Below, one piece after another: positions 6,870-13,373 of a DNA stretch of 13,420 nucleotides. Both the position numbers and the translations under genes were made by a program. Origin of the DNA: a virus (taxonomy: Duplodnaviria; Heunggongvirae; Uroviricota; Caudoviricetes); IMG/VR virus record IMGVR_UViG_2695420863_000013; one strand, written 5' to 3'. Every line of letters starts with the position of its first letter. The first letter of the stretch is position 1. Below the pieces are notes generated by a model, which made no database searches, had not been told where the DNA came from, and saw only the letters and a list, made by a program, of their open reading frames with translations.

Positions 6870-7500
6870 CACTGCTCACATCCAAATCTTTATCCTTCGT
6901 ACGCCGACGAAGAGGCACCTTATTAATCTCCGCTTCGTCAGGGAGTGTGTTATAATCAAGAGGCATAAGCGGCATCGATGCTGTAGATTGATGAGAAACT
7001 ATACTAATCTGAGCACCATAAGTATTAAATCCAACAAGAGCTACCTCCCAACGAGGCAGTGTGGACTCTAATTCACCATCGCCCTCTTCGGATAAAAAAG
7101 GCTCAGCTATGACTCGCCATGTAATATCTTGCTCAGCCTCAACATCACCAAACAATGAGAGCTGCTCATACTCTACTTTATTTCGACGCAGACGATGTTT
7201 CTTTTTGGGGTTATTAATGCAATCTTTGGTAAATTGTAGCGGAACTTTATTTAAAGCAACTACATAGTCCAACCCCTTGGAAATCATCTCAAGGCCAGGA
7301 ATTGCATCTTCATTTTGAATAAGATGATTTCTGACCCAATCATAAGCCCTTACACCTTCAGACCAGTTGCTGTCTAATGCGTGCTTATGATAGTACAGCT
7401 GCTCAAGTACGTTAGCGATCTCCGCCAACAAGTGGCGAACATAGTTTTCAGCAAGATAAGGTTGAAATTCCCAACAAGGAGCTAACTGATTTTCATTCAT
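6850..7500 (-). CDS. Hypothetical 216-aa protein, first gene of the two-gene module (candidate effector/toxin)
   Basis: ATG at 7500 (MNENQLAPCWEFQPYLAENYVRHLL...). No recognisable motif; has a basic patch KKKHRLRRNK and an acidic C-terminus. AT-rich. Translationally overlaps the HTH-peptidase gene. Confidence 0.55.
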   Translation of the reverse strand: MNENQLAPCWEFQPYLAENYVRHLLAEIANVLEQLYYHKHALDSNWSEGVRAYDWVRNHLIQNEDAIPGLEMISKGLDYVVALNKVPLQFTKDCINNPKKKHRLRRNKVEYEQLSLFGDVEAEQDITWRVIAEPFLSEEGDGELESTLPRWEVALVGFNTYGAQISIVSHQSTASMPLMPLDYNTLPDEAEINKVPLRRRTKDKDLDVSSDGTSGE

Positions 7501-7535
7501 TTCAAGTTTCGCTTTTTTTAGAATTCGTAAACCAC

Positions 7536-7564
7536 ATATTTTCGCATTTTTCTATTTTTGTCAA
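7536..7564 (-). promoter_or_regulatory. Candidate promoter for the two-gene module (perfect -35 TTGACA, weak -10)
   Basis: Minus strand has TTGACA (7564..7559), a 17-nt spacer, and AAATAT (7541..7536), about 35 nt upstream of the 7500 start. The -10 is poor, so the call is tentative. Confidence 0.3.
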
Positions 7565-7573
7565 CCAGACTAA

Positions 7574-7597
7574 TGCAAAAACCCGCCGAAGCGGGTT
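7574..7597 (-). terminator. Intrinsic terminator downstream of hok copy 2 (copy 3 of a repeated hairpin)
   Basis: Hairpin AACCCGC-CGAA-GCGGGTT (7580-7597) with a short U-tract (5 T) on the minus strand. Confidence 0.5.
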
Positions 7598-7858
7598 AAG
7601 TGCGGGTGCGTTGAGGATGCCTGGCACATCAGAGGTGGCGGGAGATTACTCCCCCGCCGGGTCTCTTACTCCTCAGGTTCGTAAGCTGTGAAGACAGCGA
7701 CCTCCGTCTGGCCGGTTCGGATTCGTACCTCGCAGAGGTCTTTCCTCGTTACCAGTGCCGTCACAATGACGGTTAAACAGATGACGATCAGGGCGATTAA
7801 CATCGCCTTTTGCTGCTTCATAGCCTGCTTCCCCTTGCCTTTCGGCACGTAAGAGGCT
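7580..7858. repeat. hok cassette repeat (terminator hairpin + hok + ~40 nt upstream), second copy; first copy at 4126-4404
   Basis: About 279 bp nearly identical between 4126-4404 and 7580-7858, including the hairpin and the whole hok ORF; homology ends at ggctaacct on the upstream side in both copies. Confidence 0.75.
7666..7821 (-). CDS. hok: Hok-family type I toxin (HokD/RelF-like), copy 2
   Basis: 51-aa MKQQKAMLIALIVICLTVIVTALVTRKDLCEVRIRTGQTEVAVFTAYEPEE, identical to HokD/RelF as recalled. Start set at the MKQQ methionine with a GGGGAAG Shine-Dalgarno-like element upstream. Confidence 0.85.
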   Translation of the reverse strand: MKQQKAMLIALIVICLTVIVTALVTRKDLCEVRIRTGQTEVAVFTAYEPEE

Positions 7859-8058
7859 AACCTACATTTGTGAGACATAGATTGGGCCTCAGATTAATGT
7901 TAAGCGTCTTGCAGGACGCGAAATGTTAACTGGGGCTTTTCTCTATCTGCCTTTCAGTGTTCATGCCTGAGACAGATAGCCTCAAGCACCCGCAGCCATT
8001 CTACTTAACTCACGTCACCTCGCCAATATGAAATCAATCAGAAAGGTGATCCATAAAA

Positions 8059-8745
8059 TCACTCCTTCTCTTCTTTTCCGTAGTGGAGTTGGCCAATTTT
8101 GATAAGAGGGCGTCCCTGAGATTTGCGGTGTAGATTGGTATCGCGCAGAGAATACACACAGCCACAATATTCCTGCTGATAGAATTTTTCGCGCTTGCTG
8201 ATTTCAATCATACGGGACGAGCCGCCCTGCTTGCGCCAGTTATAATCCCAGTACACCATACCCGGATAATGCGCAACAGCTCGCCGCCCACACTCGTTAA
8301 CCTGCTGCATATTTTTCCAGCGTGAAATGCCCAGTGAACTGCTGATCACACTGAAACCATTTTCAGCAGCGTACAACGCTGTCCGCTCAAAACGCATGTC
8401 AAAACACATGGTACAACGGATCCCCCTCTCAGGCTCCCATTCCATTCCTTTGGCACGTTCAAACCAGTTGTCGGTGTCGTAATCAGCATCGATAAACGGC
8501 ACGCCGTGTTGTTCAGCAAAGCGAATATTTTCATCCTTACGAATTAAATACTCTTTCTGAGGATGAATGTTCGGGTTGTAGAAAAAGATGGTGTAGTCGA
8601 TTCCCGAGGCCTGAAGCGCCTCCATCACTTCACCGGAACATGGAGCACAGCAAGAGTGCAGTAGTAGTTTGTTTGCCCCGTTTGGGAGCTCCAATTTAGG
8701 CCGTTTGAAATCAGCAATAGTCATAAATATTTTTATTGGGGTCAT
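8059..8745 (-). CDS. DUF208/QueH-like protein (putative epoxyqueuosine reductase family)
   Basis: 228-aa ORF with an N-terminal [11 protein letters not shown] motif and a C-terminal [11 protein letters not shown] motif, which I recall as characteristic of QueH. No good Shine-Dalgarno at either candidate ATG (8745 or 8724). Confidence 0.55.
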   Translation of the reverse strand: MTPIKIFMTIADFKRPKLELPNGANKLLLHSCCAPCSGEVMEALQASGIDYTIFFYNPNIHPQKEYLIRKDENIRFAEQHGVPFIDADYDTDNWFERAKGMEWEPERGIRCTMCFDMRFERTALYAAENGFSVISSSLGISRWKNMQQVNECGRRAVAHYPGMVYWDYNWRKQGGSSRMIEISKREKFYQQEYCGCVYSLRDTNLHRKSQGRPLIKIGQLHYGKEEKE

Positions 8746-8898
8746 GAAAATAGCACAGAGTGTAGCATCAGAGCAGGGCTATCGGGAATATATGTCTAAA
8801 TCTGGTAATATCTGGTTTTGACGCAAAGCGGACAACCACGCTGGCTCTACCCTGCGCCATGAAAATGTCAATTCACATCTGAACTAATGCTCTTTAAT

Positions 8899-9324
8899 CT
8901 AGTAACGTCTAAAATACCTAACATTTCCTTGATAAAATGCCAGTACACGCTGCATAGCTTCGCTCTTCCGGCACTCGCGACAGATTATATTCAGGCGCCT
9001 GTCGTAGCGGCGTATTTCGCCGTCTGGTAACGACCAGATAAGGTCCGGATCAACCACTGCAGGTTTCTTCACCTTTGCCCTTGAGAGTTTTTTGCGAGCA
9101 TTTTGCCAGTCCTTACGCGCCTGTTCAGACGGGAATAACCCGTAACCAGAGTTGTATACATCGCCACTGGCAACCAGCTCTCTGGCGAGAACACTCATCA
9201 GATATCTTGTCGCACCTGTCTTGGCTTCCAGTTGCCGCAACGTCTCGCGACCGCTCAGACGTACAAGTTCAACAACCTGCCCTTTAATTTTTTCCCGCTC
9301 TTCTTGTGTAAATACTTTTGCCAT
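8899..9324 (-). CDS. Hypothetical phage protein (141 aa)
   Basis: ATG at 9324 (MAKVFTQEEREKIKGQVVELVRLSG...) with GGAGG 7 nt upstream (track ORF starts at TTG 9339). No family recognised. Confidence 0.5.
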   Translation of the reverse strand: MAKVFTQEEREKIKGQVVELVRLSGRETLRQLEAKTGATRYLMSVLARELVASGDVYNSGYGLFPSEQARKDWQNARKKLSRAKVKKPAVVDPDLIWSLPDGEIRRYDRRLNIICRECRKSEAMQRVLAFYQGNVRYFRRY

Positions 9325-9339
9325 AAGCGCCTCCGGCAA

Positions 9340-10110
9340 TCACTTTTCCGATACAACACGGCGGGAAGAATCAGTAATCTGTCGAACAATATCCCGGTGC
9401 TTGTTCAGCTCCCGCAGCGCGGCGCAGACTCGCTCCCACTTCTGAACATCACTTTTCGCCCTGCGCAGCGCCAGGTTTGCCCTGCGAAGGGACGGAAAAA
9501 TCAGCTCATCTGCTTGCGTTTCGGTAAACGATGGCAACGGCTGCACAATGTCCGCCACAGTTTCTGTTTTAATTTCTTCCTGTGTTGCGGCTTCCCGGAC
9601 TGGTAACGCAGCACCTGCTGGCTGAGGAAAGGCCTTACCATCACTTTCCGTTACCAGCGCGGCTTTCGGCTCTGCTGGTAAATTATCGCCCGGCATGCAG
9701 TAACGAAATTTACCGTTCTGATTAACGCGTGCCAGCCGCCCCGTTGCGGTTACCACCGCCAGCGTGGAAGCAACCTTGCGAGTACTGACACCGAACTTAC
9801 CCGCCAGTTCCTCACACGTTTTAGCCCCATCCTGACCGATAAACTCAATCATCATGTCTGCGGTAACTTTTTGTTCGACCTCCCCGGTCAGCATATCCTG
9901 TGCTTCAGATTTTACTGGCCGCTCTTCGGTTACCCGGGATTCACCTTCGCCAGCCAGAAACCAGGTGTGACCAGTTTTATCAACGACGCCTTTTCTTTTG
10001 AGTTCCCACAGCTCGTTGAGAACCTCTTCACGACTGATATCAAGTCGCGCGGCCAGTTCTACCGATGTGGCTTTTCCCATTGCTTTCAGTGCGTCAAATA
10101 CGGTTTCCAT
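9340..10110 (-). CDS. Hypothetical phage protein (256 aa) with two winged-helix-like segments
   Basis: ATG at 10110 ([43 protein letters not shown]...) with GGAGG 9 nt upstream (track ORF starts at TTG 10128). A second similar segment is [32 protein letters not shown]. Family unassigned. Confidence 0.5.
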   Translation of the reverse strand: METVFDALKAMGKATSVELAARLDISREEVLNELWELKRKGVVDKTGHTWFLAGEGESRVTEERPVKSEAQDMLTGEVEQKVTADMMIEFIGQDGAKTCEELAGKFGVSTRKVASTLAVVTATGRLARVNQNGKFRYCMPGDNLPAEPKAALVTESDGKAFPQPAGAALPVREAATQEEIKTETVADIVQPLPSFTETQADELIFPSLRRANLALRRAKSDVQKWERVCAALRELNKHRDIVRQITDSSRRVVSEK

Positions 10111-10143
10111 TAAAATTTCCTCCGACAAAATCGTTTCTCAGAT

Positions 10144-10809
10144 TCAAATAAAACCAGCTGCCTTCCGGCGTTCGTATTCCTGTTTCAGCCGTTCAATTGG
10201 CGTTGGCCCTTGCGGGTGTTTCGCCCCTTCCAGTTGTCGTCGCACTGGCGGAACACTCATCCCGTTACCAACATGCTTTGCCCATTTCGTCAGTTGCCGT
10301 TCCGCAAGTCGTTTTAACTCACCCTGCGTCATCTGGCGCTCAATCCCTCTGGTACGCATTTCGAGGCAGATGTGGTACAGCACAGGCTGAGGCCACGGAT
10401 ATTTGTCGCTTCCGTCATATCGCCAGGACTCATCACGCCAGCGGCGGTACTCCTCCATCACAGCATCCACCGTCAGGCCAAATGGATTGGCCCCGCTTTC
10501 TGAAATCAGCGCCACAAACTCAGCCAGGTCCGGAGGCCATGTTTCACCCGCCCGGCAGCGGTCCATGCACTGGCGGCAGACCTGTCGGATTTGCTGCTCA
10601 GTCATCGCGCCAATCTGTGCAATCCAGAGCTTCGAAGGTGCGGCCCCGTTCTTCTGGGTCCAGCGGTTCGAATAAACCTCCCCCATGAGTTCCCACAGCT
10701 TCCAGACCGTTTCCGTCGCTGATAAATCCGTTTTCACGTTCCCACTGCTCACGTGCTGCCCGAATTTCCTGAACTGCCCGTGATGCGGTGCCACCTGGTG
10801 CTGCTGCAT
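10144..10809 (-). CDS. Replication protein P-like (lambda P family helicase loader)
   Basis: C-terminal region (…DKYPWPQPVLYHICLEMRTRGIERQMTQGELKRLAERQL…PPV…) resembles lambda P as recalled. ATG 10809 has a GGGGG Shine-Dalgarno; this start lies 211 nt inside the upstream O-like ORF, so the true start is uncertain. Confidence 0.65.
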   Translation of the reverse strand: MQQHQVAPHHGQFRKFGQHVSSGNVKTDLSATETVWKLWELMGEVYSNRWTQKNGAAPSKLWIAQIGAMTEQQIRQVCRQCMDRCRAGETWPPDLAEFVALISESGANPFGLTVDAVMEEYRRWRDESWRYDGSDKYPWPQPVLYHICLEMRTRGIERQMTQGELKRLAERQLTKWAKHVGNGMSVPPVRRQLEGAKHPQGPTPIERLKQEYERRKAAGFI

Positions 10810-11644
10810 GGTTTACCCCCTTGCTGACTGGCTTAACCTGCGCCCTGACGTGATTTACGTGACGGGCGAATTTCTGCTCCCACTGAACCTGCGTGAAAAC
10901 TTTCCCCTCCGCTGCCCAGTAGTCCCGGAAAGCGGCAAGTTCAGCAGGTGTAAATTCCGGCTCCGGCAAAGCCATCCCCCACAACGCAGCCCGTCGTCGA
11001 AAATCCGGCGACGGATGCCAGTCATCGACCATCGGAAATTTCCCGATGGGTTCGCTCAGTCCATCCAGGGATGCAGGTTCTGCTGCCTGCAACGGCGTAC
11101 CACTCGACTCACTGGTCGGAGCACTCTCGCGCACGTGCGCGTTATGTGTGGGGTTTAATTCTTTATCTGTATCTTTATCTGTCGTGACTCGTCGTGACAT
11201 GTCGTGACATATGCGTGACTCGTCGTGACACCCCTCATTCTGTTTTCGTAATTTTTCCCTCTCGCGCTGCGCTCTCTTGCGCTCTGCCGGGGATTTCGCG
11301 GTTTGTGAAACGTTGCCATTGTCCTCTTTCAGTACCTGGCGTTTTTCCCATCCGGTGATTAAATCTCCATCAAGTACCCGCCCCTGCATTGCCTGTAAAA
11401 TTGAATCAATTACTTCTTCCGTCACATCAAGCGCACTTGCTAAATCTTCCGTCGTGACATCAATGTGACCACGTAGTGACACGCCGTGACATGTCGTGAC
11501 ATTTCGTGACGCGCTCACCAGAAGGTGGATATACACTGCCATCACTGTTGCAATTGGCTGCCCTGACACCCTGGCAATTGTTCGCCACTTAGGGTCATTT
11601 GGCATGTCATGCCATAATCTGAGCCAGGCGTTAGCCATACTCAC
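10598..11644 (-). CDS. Replication initiator (O-like position) containing internal iteron arrays
   Basis: 348-aa ORF directly upstream of the P-like gene and downstream of the YdaT-like gene. GAGGTG Shine-Dalgarno with GTG 11644 or ATG 11638 as start. Two clusters of periodic repeats lie inside it. The low-complexity C-terminal tail overlaps the P-like gene and may not be real coding sequence. Confidence 0.55.
   Translation of the reverse strand: MSMANAWLRLWHDMPNDPKWRTIARVSGQPIATVMAVYIHLLVSASRNVTTCHGVSLRGHIDVTTEDLASALDVTEEVIDSILQAMQGRVLDGDLITGWEKRQVLKEDNGNVSQTAKSPAERKRAQREREKLRKQNEGCHDESRICHDMSRRVTTDKDTDKELNPTHNAHVRESAPTSESSGTPLQAAEPASLDGLSEPIGKFPMVDDWHPSPDFRRRAALWGMALPEPEFTPAELAAFRDYWAAEGKVFTQVQWEQKFARHVNHVRAQVKPVSKGVNHAAAPGGTASRAVQEIRAAREQWERENGFISDGNGLEAVGTHGGGLFEPLDPEERGRTFEALDCTDWRDD
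11150..11232. repeat. Candidate replication origin: AT-rich stretch with two CTTTATCTGT repeats, then five GTCGTGAC-type direct repeats at about 10-bp spacing
   Basis: GTCGTGAC (or a one-base variant) begins at 11181, 11191, 11201, 11213 and 11222, preceded by ttaattctttatctgtatctttatctgt. Located mid-gene in the O-like ORF, as ori-lambda is in O. Confidence 0.5.
11449..11510. repeat. Second array of six CGTGAC/GTGAC repeats at 10-11 bp spacing (iteron-like)
   Basis: GTGAC cores end at 11458, 11469, 11480, 11490, 11500 and 11510, in the 5' part of the O-like ORF. Confidence 0.45.
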
Positions 11645-11709
11645 CTCTTCTGATACCGAATCTTTTTACTCACAAATTGCCGGAAGTGATCCGGTATGAA
11701 TATTGCGAG

Positions 11710-12135
11710 TCAATGCACAGCCACAATATTTCCTGCAGGGCCACCACGATTCATCTGGTTGAAACCAGCGATCGCCACTGCGACAAAATCATCAGCGTCT
11801 CTCACCAGTCGTTCCCGCGTCTCCACCAGCTCCCGAAAATAAGCTGAACTGTGGCTGCGCATTCGGGCCACCAGCAGAGGCGGCATTGCTTTTTCGATCG
11901 CTGGTAACAACGCCTGAATTTTTTTAACCGCATCAGGAGTGTCTTTCTCCACCCAGCGGAAAATTTTCTGGGTATTGCGAGCCAGGGCTTCCGGATGGCT
12001 GTCGTCATATAATTCCGGGAACGTCATACCAAGCTCAAAATAAGCCCGGGTTATTTCAGCTGCCGGAACTTTTTCACCGTCCGGATGCGCCCAGGCATTC
12101 ATCGCCATGCGGATGTGCTCATGCCTGATTTTCAT
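11710..12135 (-). CDS. YdaT-like protein (CII-position protein of Rac-type prophages)
   Basis: 141-aa MKIRHEHIRMAMNAW...KIQALLPAIEKAMPP...NIVAVH. Start and end pattern and length match Rac YdaT as recalled. GGAG Shine-Dalgarno 9 nt upstream; overlaps the upstream HTH gene by 17 nt. Confidence 0.6.
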   Translation of the reverse strand: MKIRHEHIRMAMNAWAHPDGEKVPAAEITRAYFELGMTFPELYDDSHPEALARNTQKIFRWVEKDTPDAVKKIQALLPAIEKAMPPLLVARMRSHSSAYFRELVETRERLVRDADDFVAVAIAGFNQMNRGGPAGNIVAVH

Positions 12136-12394
12136 GAATCAACTCCGATGCATTTGGTGTGTTAGCCTTGAATCCAACAGGTAAGCCGTCGGTTGGATTC
12201 GGGTAAATATCAGGCCGGAGTTCATGAGGTGTAACCTCGAAATTCGTTACTTCAGCAACACGTAATGCTTTTTCAGGGCTGAATCTTTCATAGCCCCCCA
12301 GCACTCGACTTACATGCACCTGAGATAAACCCGTTAGCTTCCCAAACTGTAGCTGGGTGATATGTTTCTCTTTTAAATAGTCTCTTAAGTTCAT
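12119..12394 (-). CDS. Cro/YdaS-like HTH regulator
   Basis: ATG at 12394 (MNLRDYLKEKHITQLQFGKLTGLSQVHVSRVLGG...) with GAAGG Shine-Dalgarno (track ORF starts at TTG 12400). HTH motif; first gene of the leftward early operon, divergent from the repressor. Confidence 0.65.
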   Translation of the reverse strand: MNLRDYLKEKHITQLQFGKLTGLSQVHVSRVLGGYERFSPEKALRVAEVTNFEVTPHELRPDIYPNPTDGLPVGFKANTPNASELIHENQA

Positions 12395-12501
12395 AGCCAA
12401 CCTTCTACGTTATGCCTCGAGCAAATATTAGCCCCGCTAATTTTAAAGATCAATAGCCAGACTATCTTTGATAATATTGGTAAAACAAATAAACTCTATG
12501 T
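12395..12501. promoter_or_regulatory. Divergent immunity-switch region (operators and promoters between the Cro-like gene and the repressor)
   Basis: 107-bp AT-rich intergenic region between divergent HTH genes; contains the palindrome ATTAGC-CCC-GCTAAT (12427-12441) and a TAATAT -10-like element upstream of the repressor start. Confidence 0.5.
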
Positions 12502-12963
12502 ATGAAAAAAACACGCGAAGTGATTGCAACTCCAGAAGCGAGCAAGAATTTAAAAGCCGCATGGAATGCAAGAAAAAAAGAGCTGAAGCTGACTCAAGAG
12601 CTGGCGGCTGAGTTGTTGGGATTCGAATCTCAAGGCACCGTTAGCCAGTATCTGAACGGCAAGATACCGGTAAATACCGACGCTGCGCTAAAATTTGCGG
12701 CTCTGTTAAAGGTAAAACCAGAGGACATTCGAGAAGACCTTAAAGACTTAATGAATTATGTAAGATCATCAGATACTTATGATGATAACTTTTCAGGCAA
12801 AGGATGGAGGCTGGTCAATGAAGAACAGGCAGAGTTACTTAACCTCTTCGAGATTCTACCTGCGTCAGAAAAAGCCAAACTCCTTAACCAGCTACGTGGA
12901 CTAAACAAGCTCTACGAGGAAGCCTTCGAGAACATGCTGGCACTAAAGAAACGTAACCAGTAG
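12502..12963 (+). CDS. Prophage repressor, RacR-like (XRE-type HTH)
   Basis: 153-aa MKKTREVIATPEASKNLKAAWNARKKELKLTQELAAELLGFESQGTVSQYLNGKIPV...; HTH near the N-terminus; divergent from the Cro/YdaS-like gene; followed by a strong terminator. Confidence 0.65.
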   Translation: MKKTREVIATPEASKNLKAAWNARKKELKLTQELAAELLGFESQGTVSQYLNGKIPVNTDAALKFAALLKVKPEDIREDLKDLMNYVRSSDTYDDNFSGKGWRLVNEEQAELLNLFEILPASEKAKLLNQLRGLNKLYEEAFENMLALKKRNQ

Positions 12964-12989
12964 CCACCGCTCACTACCCCATCCACAAC

Positions 12990-13019
12990 AAAAAAACCGA
13001 CGTCTTAGTCGGTTTTTTT
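12990..13019. terminator. Bidirectional intrinsic terminator after the repressor gene
   Basis: A6 - AACCGAC-GTCTTA-GTCGGTT - T7, a perfect 7-bp stem flanked by A and T tracts. Confidence 0.7.
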
Positions 13020-13116
13020 GTGCCATAACTTCTGCAAATCAGCTGTATAACTAATATTTTTCCCTTGAAAAAACATTTACATAGTTACCAAAACAAAAAT
13101 ATCATACGCCATACTG

Positions 13117-13145
13117 TTGACTTAAAATATCCGCGTTACTAATAT
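13117..13145 (+). promoter_or_regulatory. Strong sigma-70 promoter (TTGACT -17- TAATAT), candidate pL-like early promoter
   Basis: -35 TTGACT at 13117-13122, 17-nt spacer, -10 TAATAT at 13140-13145; about 70 nt upstream of the 51-aa ORF. Confidence 0.55.
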
Positions 13146-13216
13146 TTCTATCAAGAACAGCACGGCGCTGTAGGTTTTAGTTCCGCCACCCGGCGTTAAG
13201 GGGAAATGAGGTCAGC

Positions 13217-13372
13217 ATGGATACTATCGAGCTTGGCAACAACGAATCTCTGGTGTACGGCGTGTTTCCCAACCAGGACGGCACATTCACCGCGATGACG
13301 TATACCAAAAGCAAAACGTTTAAAACCGAAAATGGTGCCCGTCGCTGGCTGGAAAGAAACTCAGGTGAGTGA
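13217..13372 (+). CDS. Small protein (51 aa), first gene of the rightward operon beyond the repressor (YdaF/YdaG-like position)
   Basis: ATG 13217 with GAGG 5 nt upstream; MDTIELGNNESLVYGVFPNQDGTFTAMTYTKSKTFKTENGARRWLERNSGE; TGA at 13370-13372. Below the ORF-track size cutoff. Confidence 0.5.
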   Translation: MDTIELGNNESLVYGVFPNQDGTFTAMTYTKSKTFKTENGARRWLERNSGE

Positions 13373-13373
13373 T

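Noticed and set aside
7666-7878. Longer in-frame hok ORFs (70 aa at 7666..7878 and 60 aa at 4212..4394) as possible mok-like frames
   Set aside because: They are simple in-frame upstream extensions of hok to the first alternative start codon, whereas a true mok frame is a separate overlapping frame. The 51-aa product starting at MKQQ matches Hok proteins.
9998-10688. Plus-strand ORFs antisense to the replication and hypothetical genes (9998..10390, 10197..10688, 10403..10675, 10808..11158)
   Set aside because: Serine/arginine-rich low-complexity translations on the strand opposite a coherent, translationally coupled operon; no independent signals.
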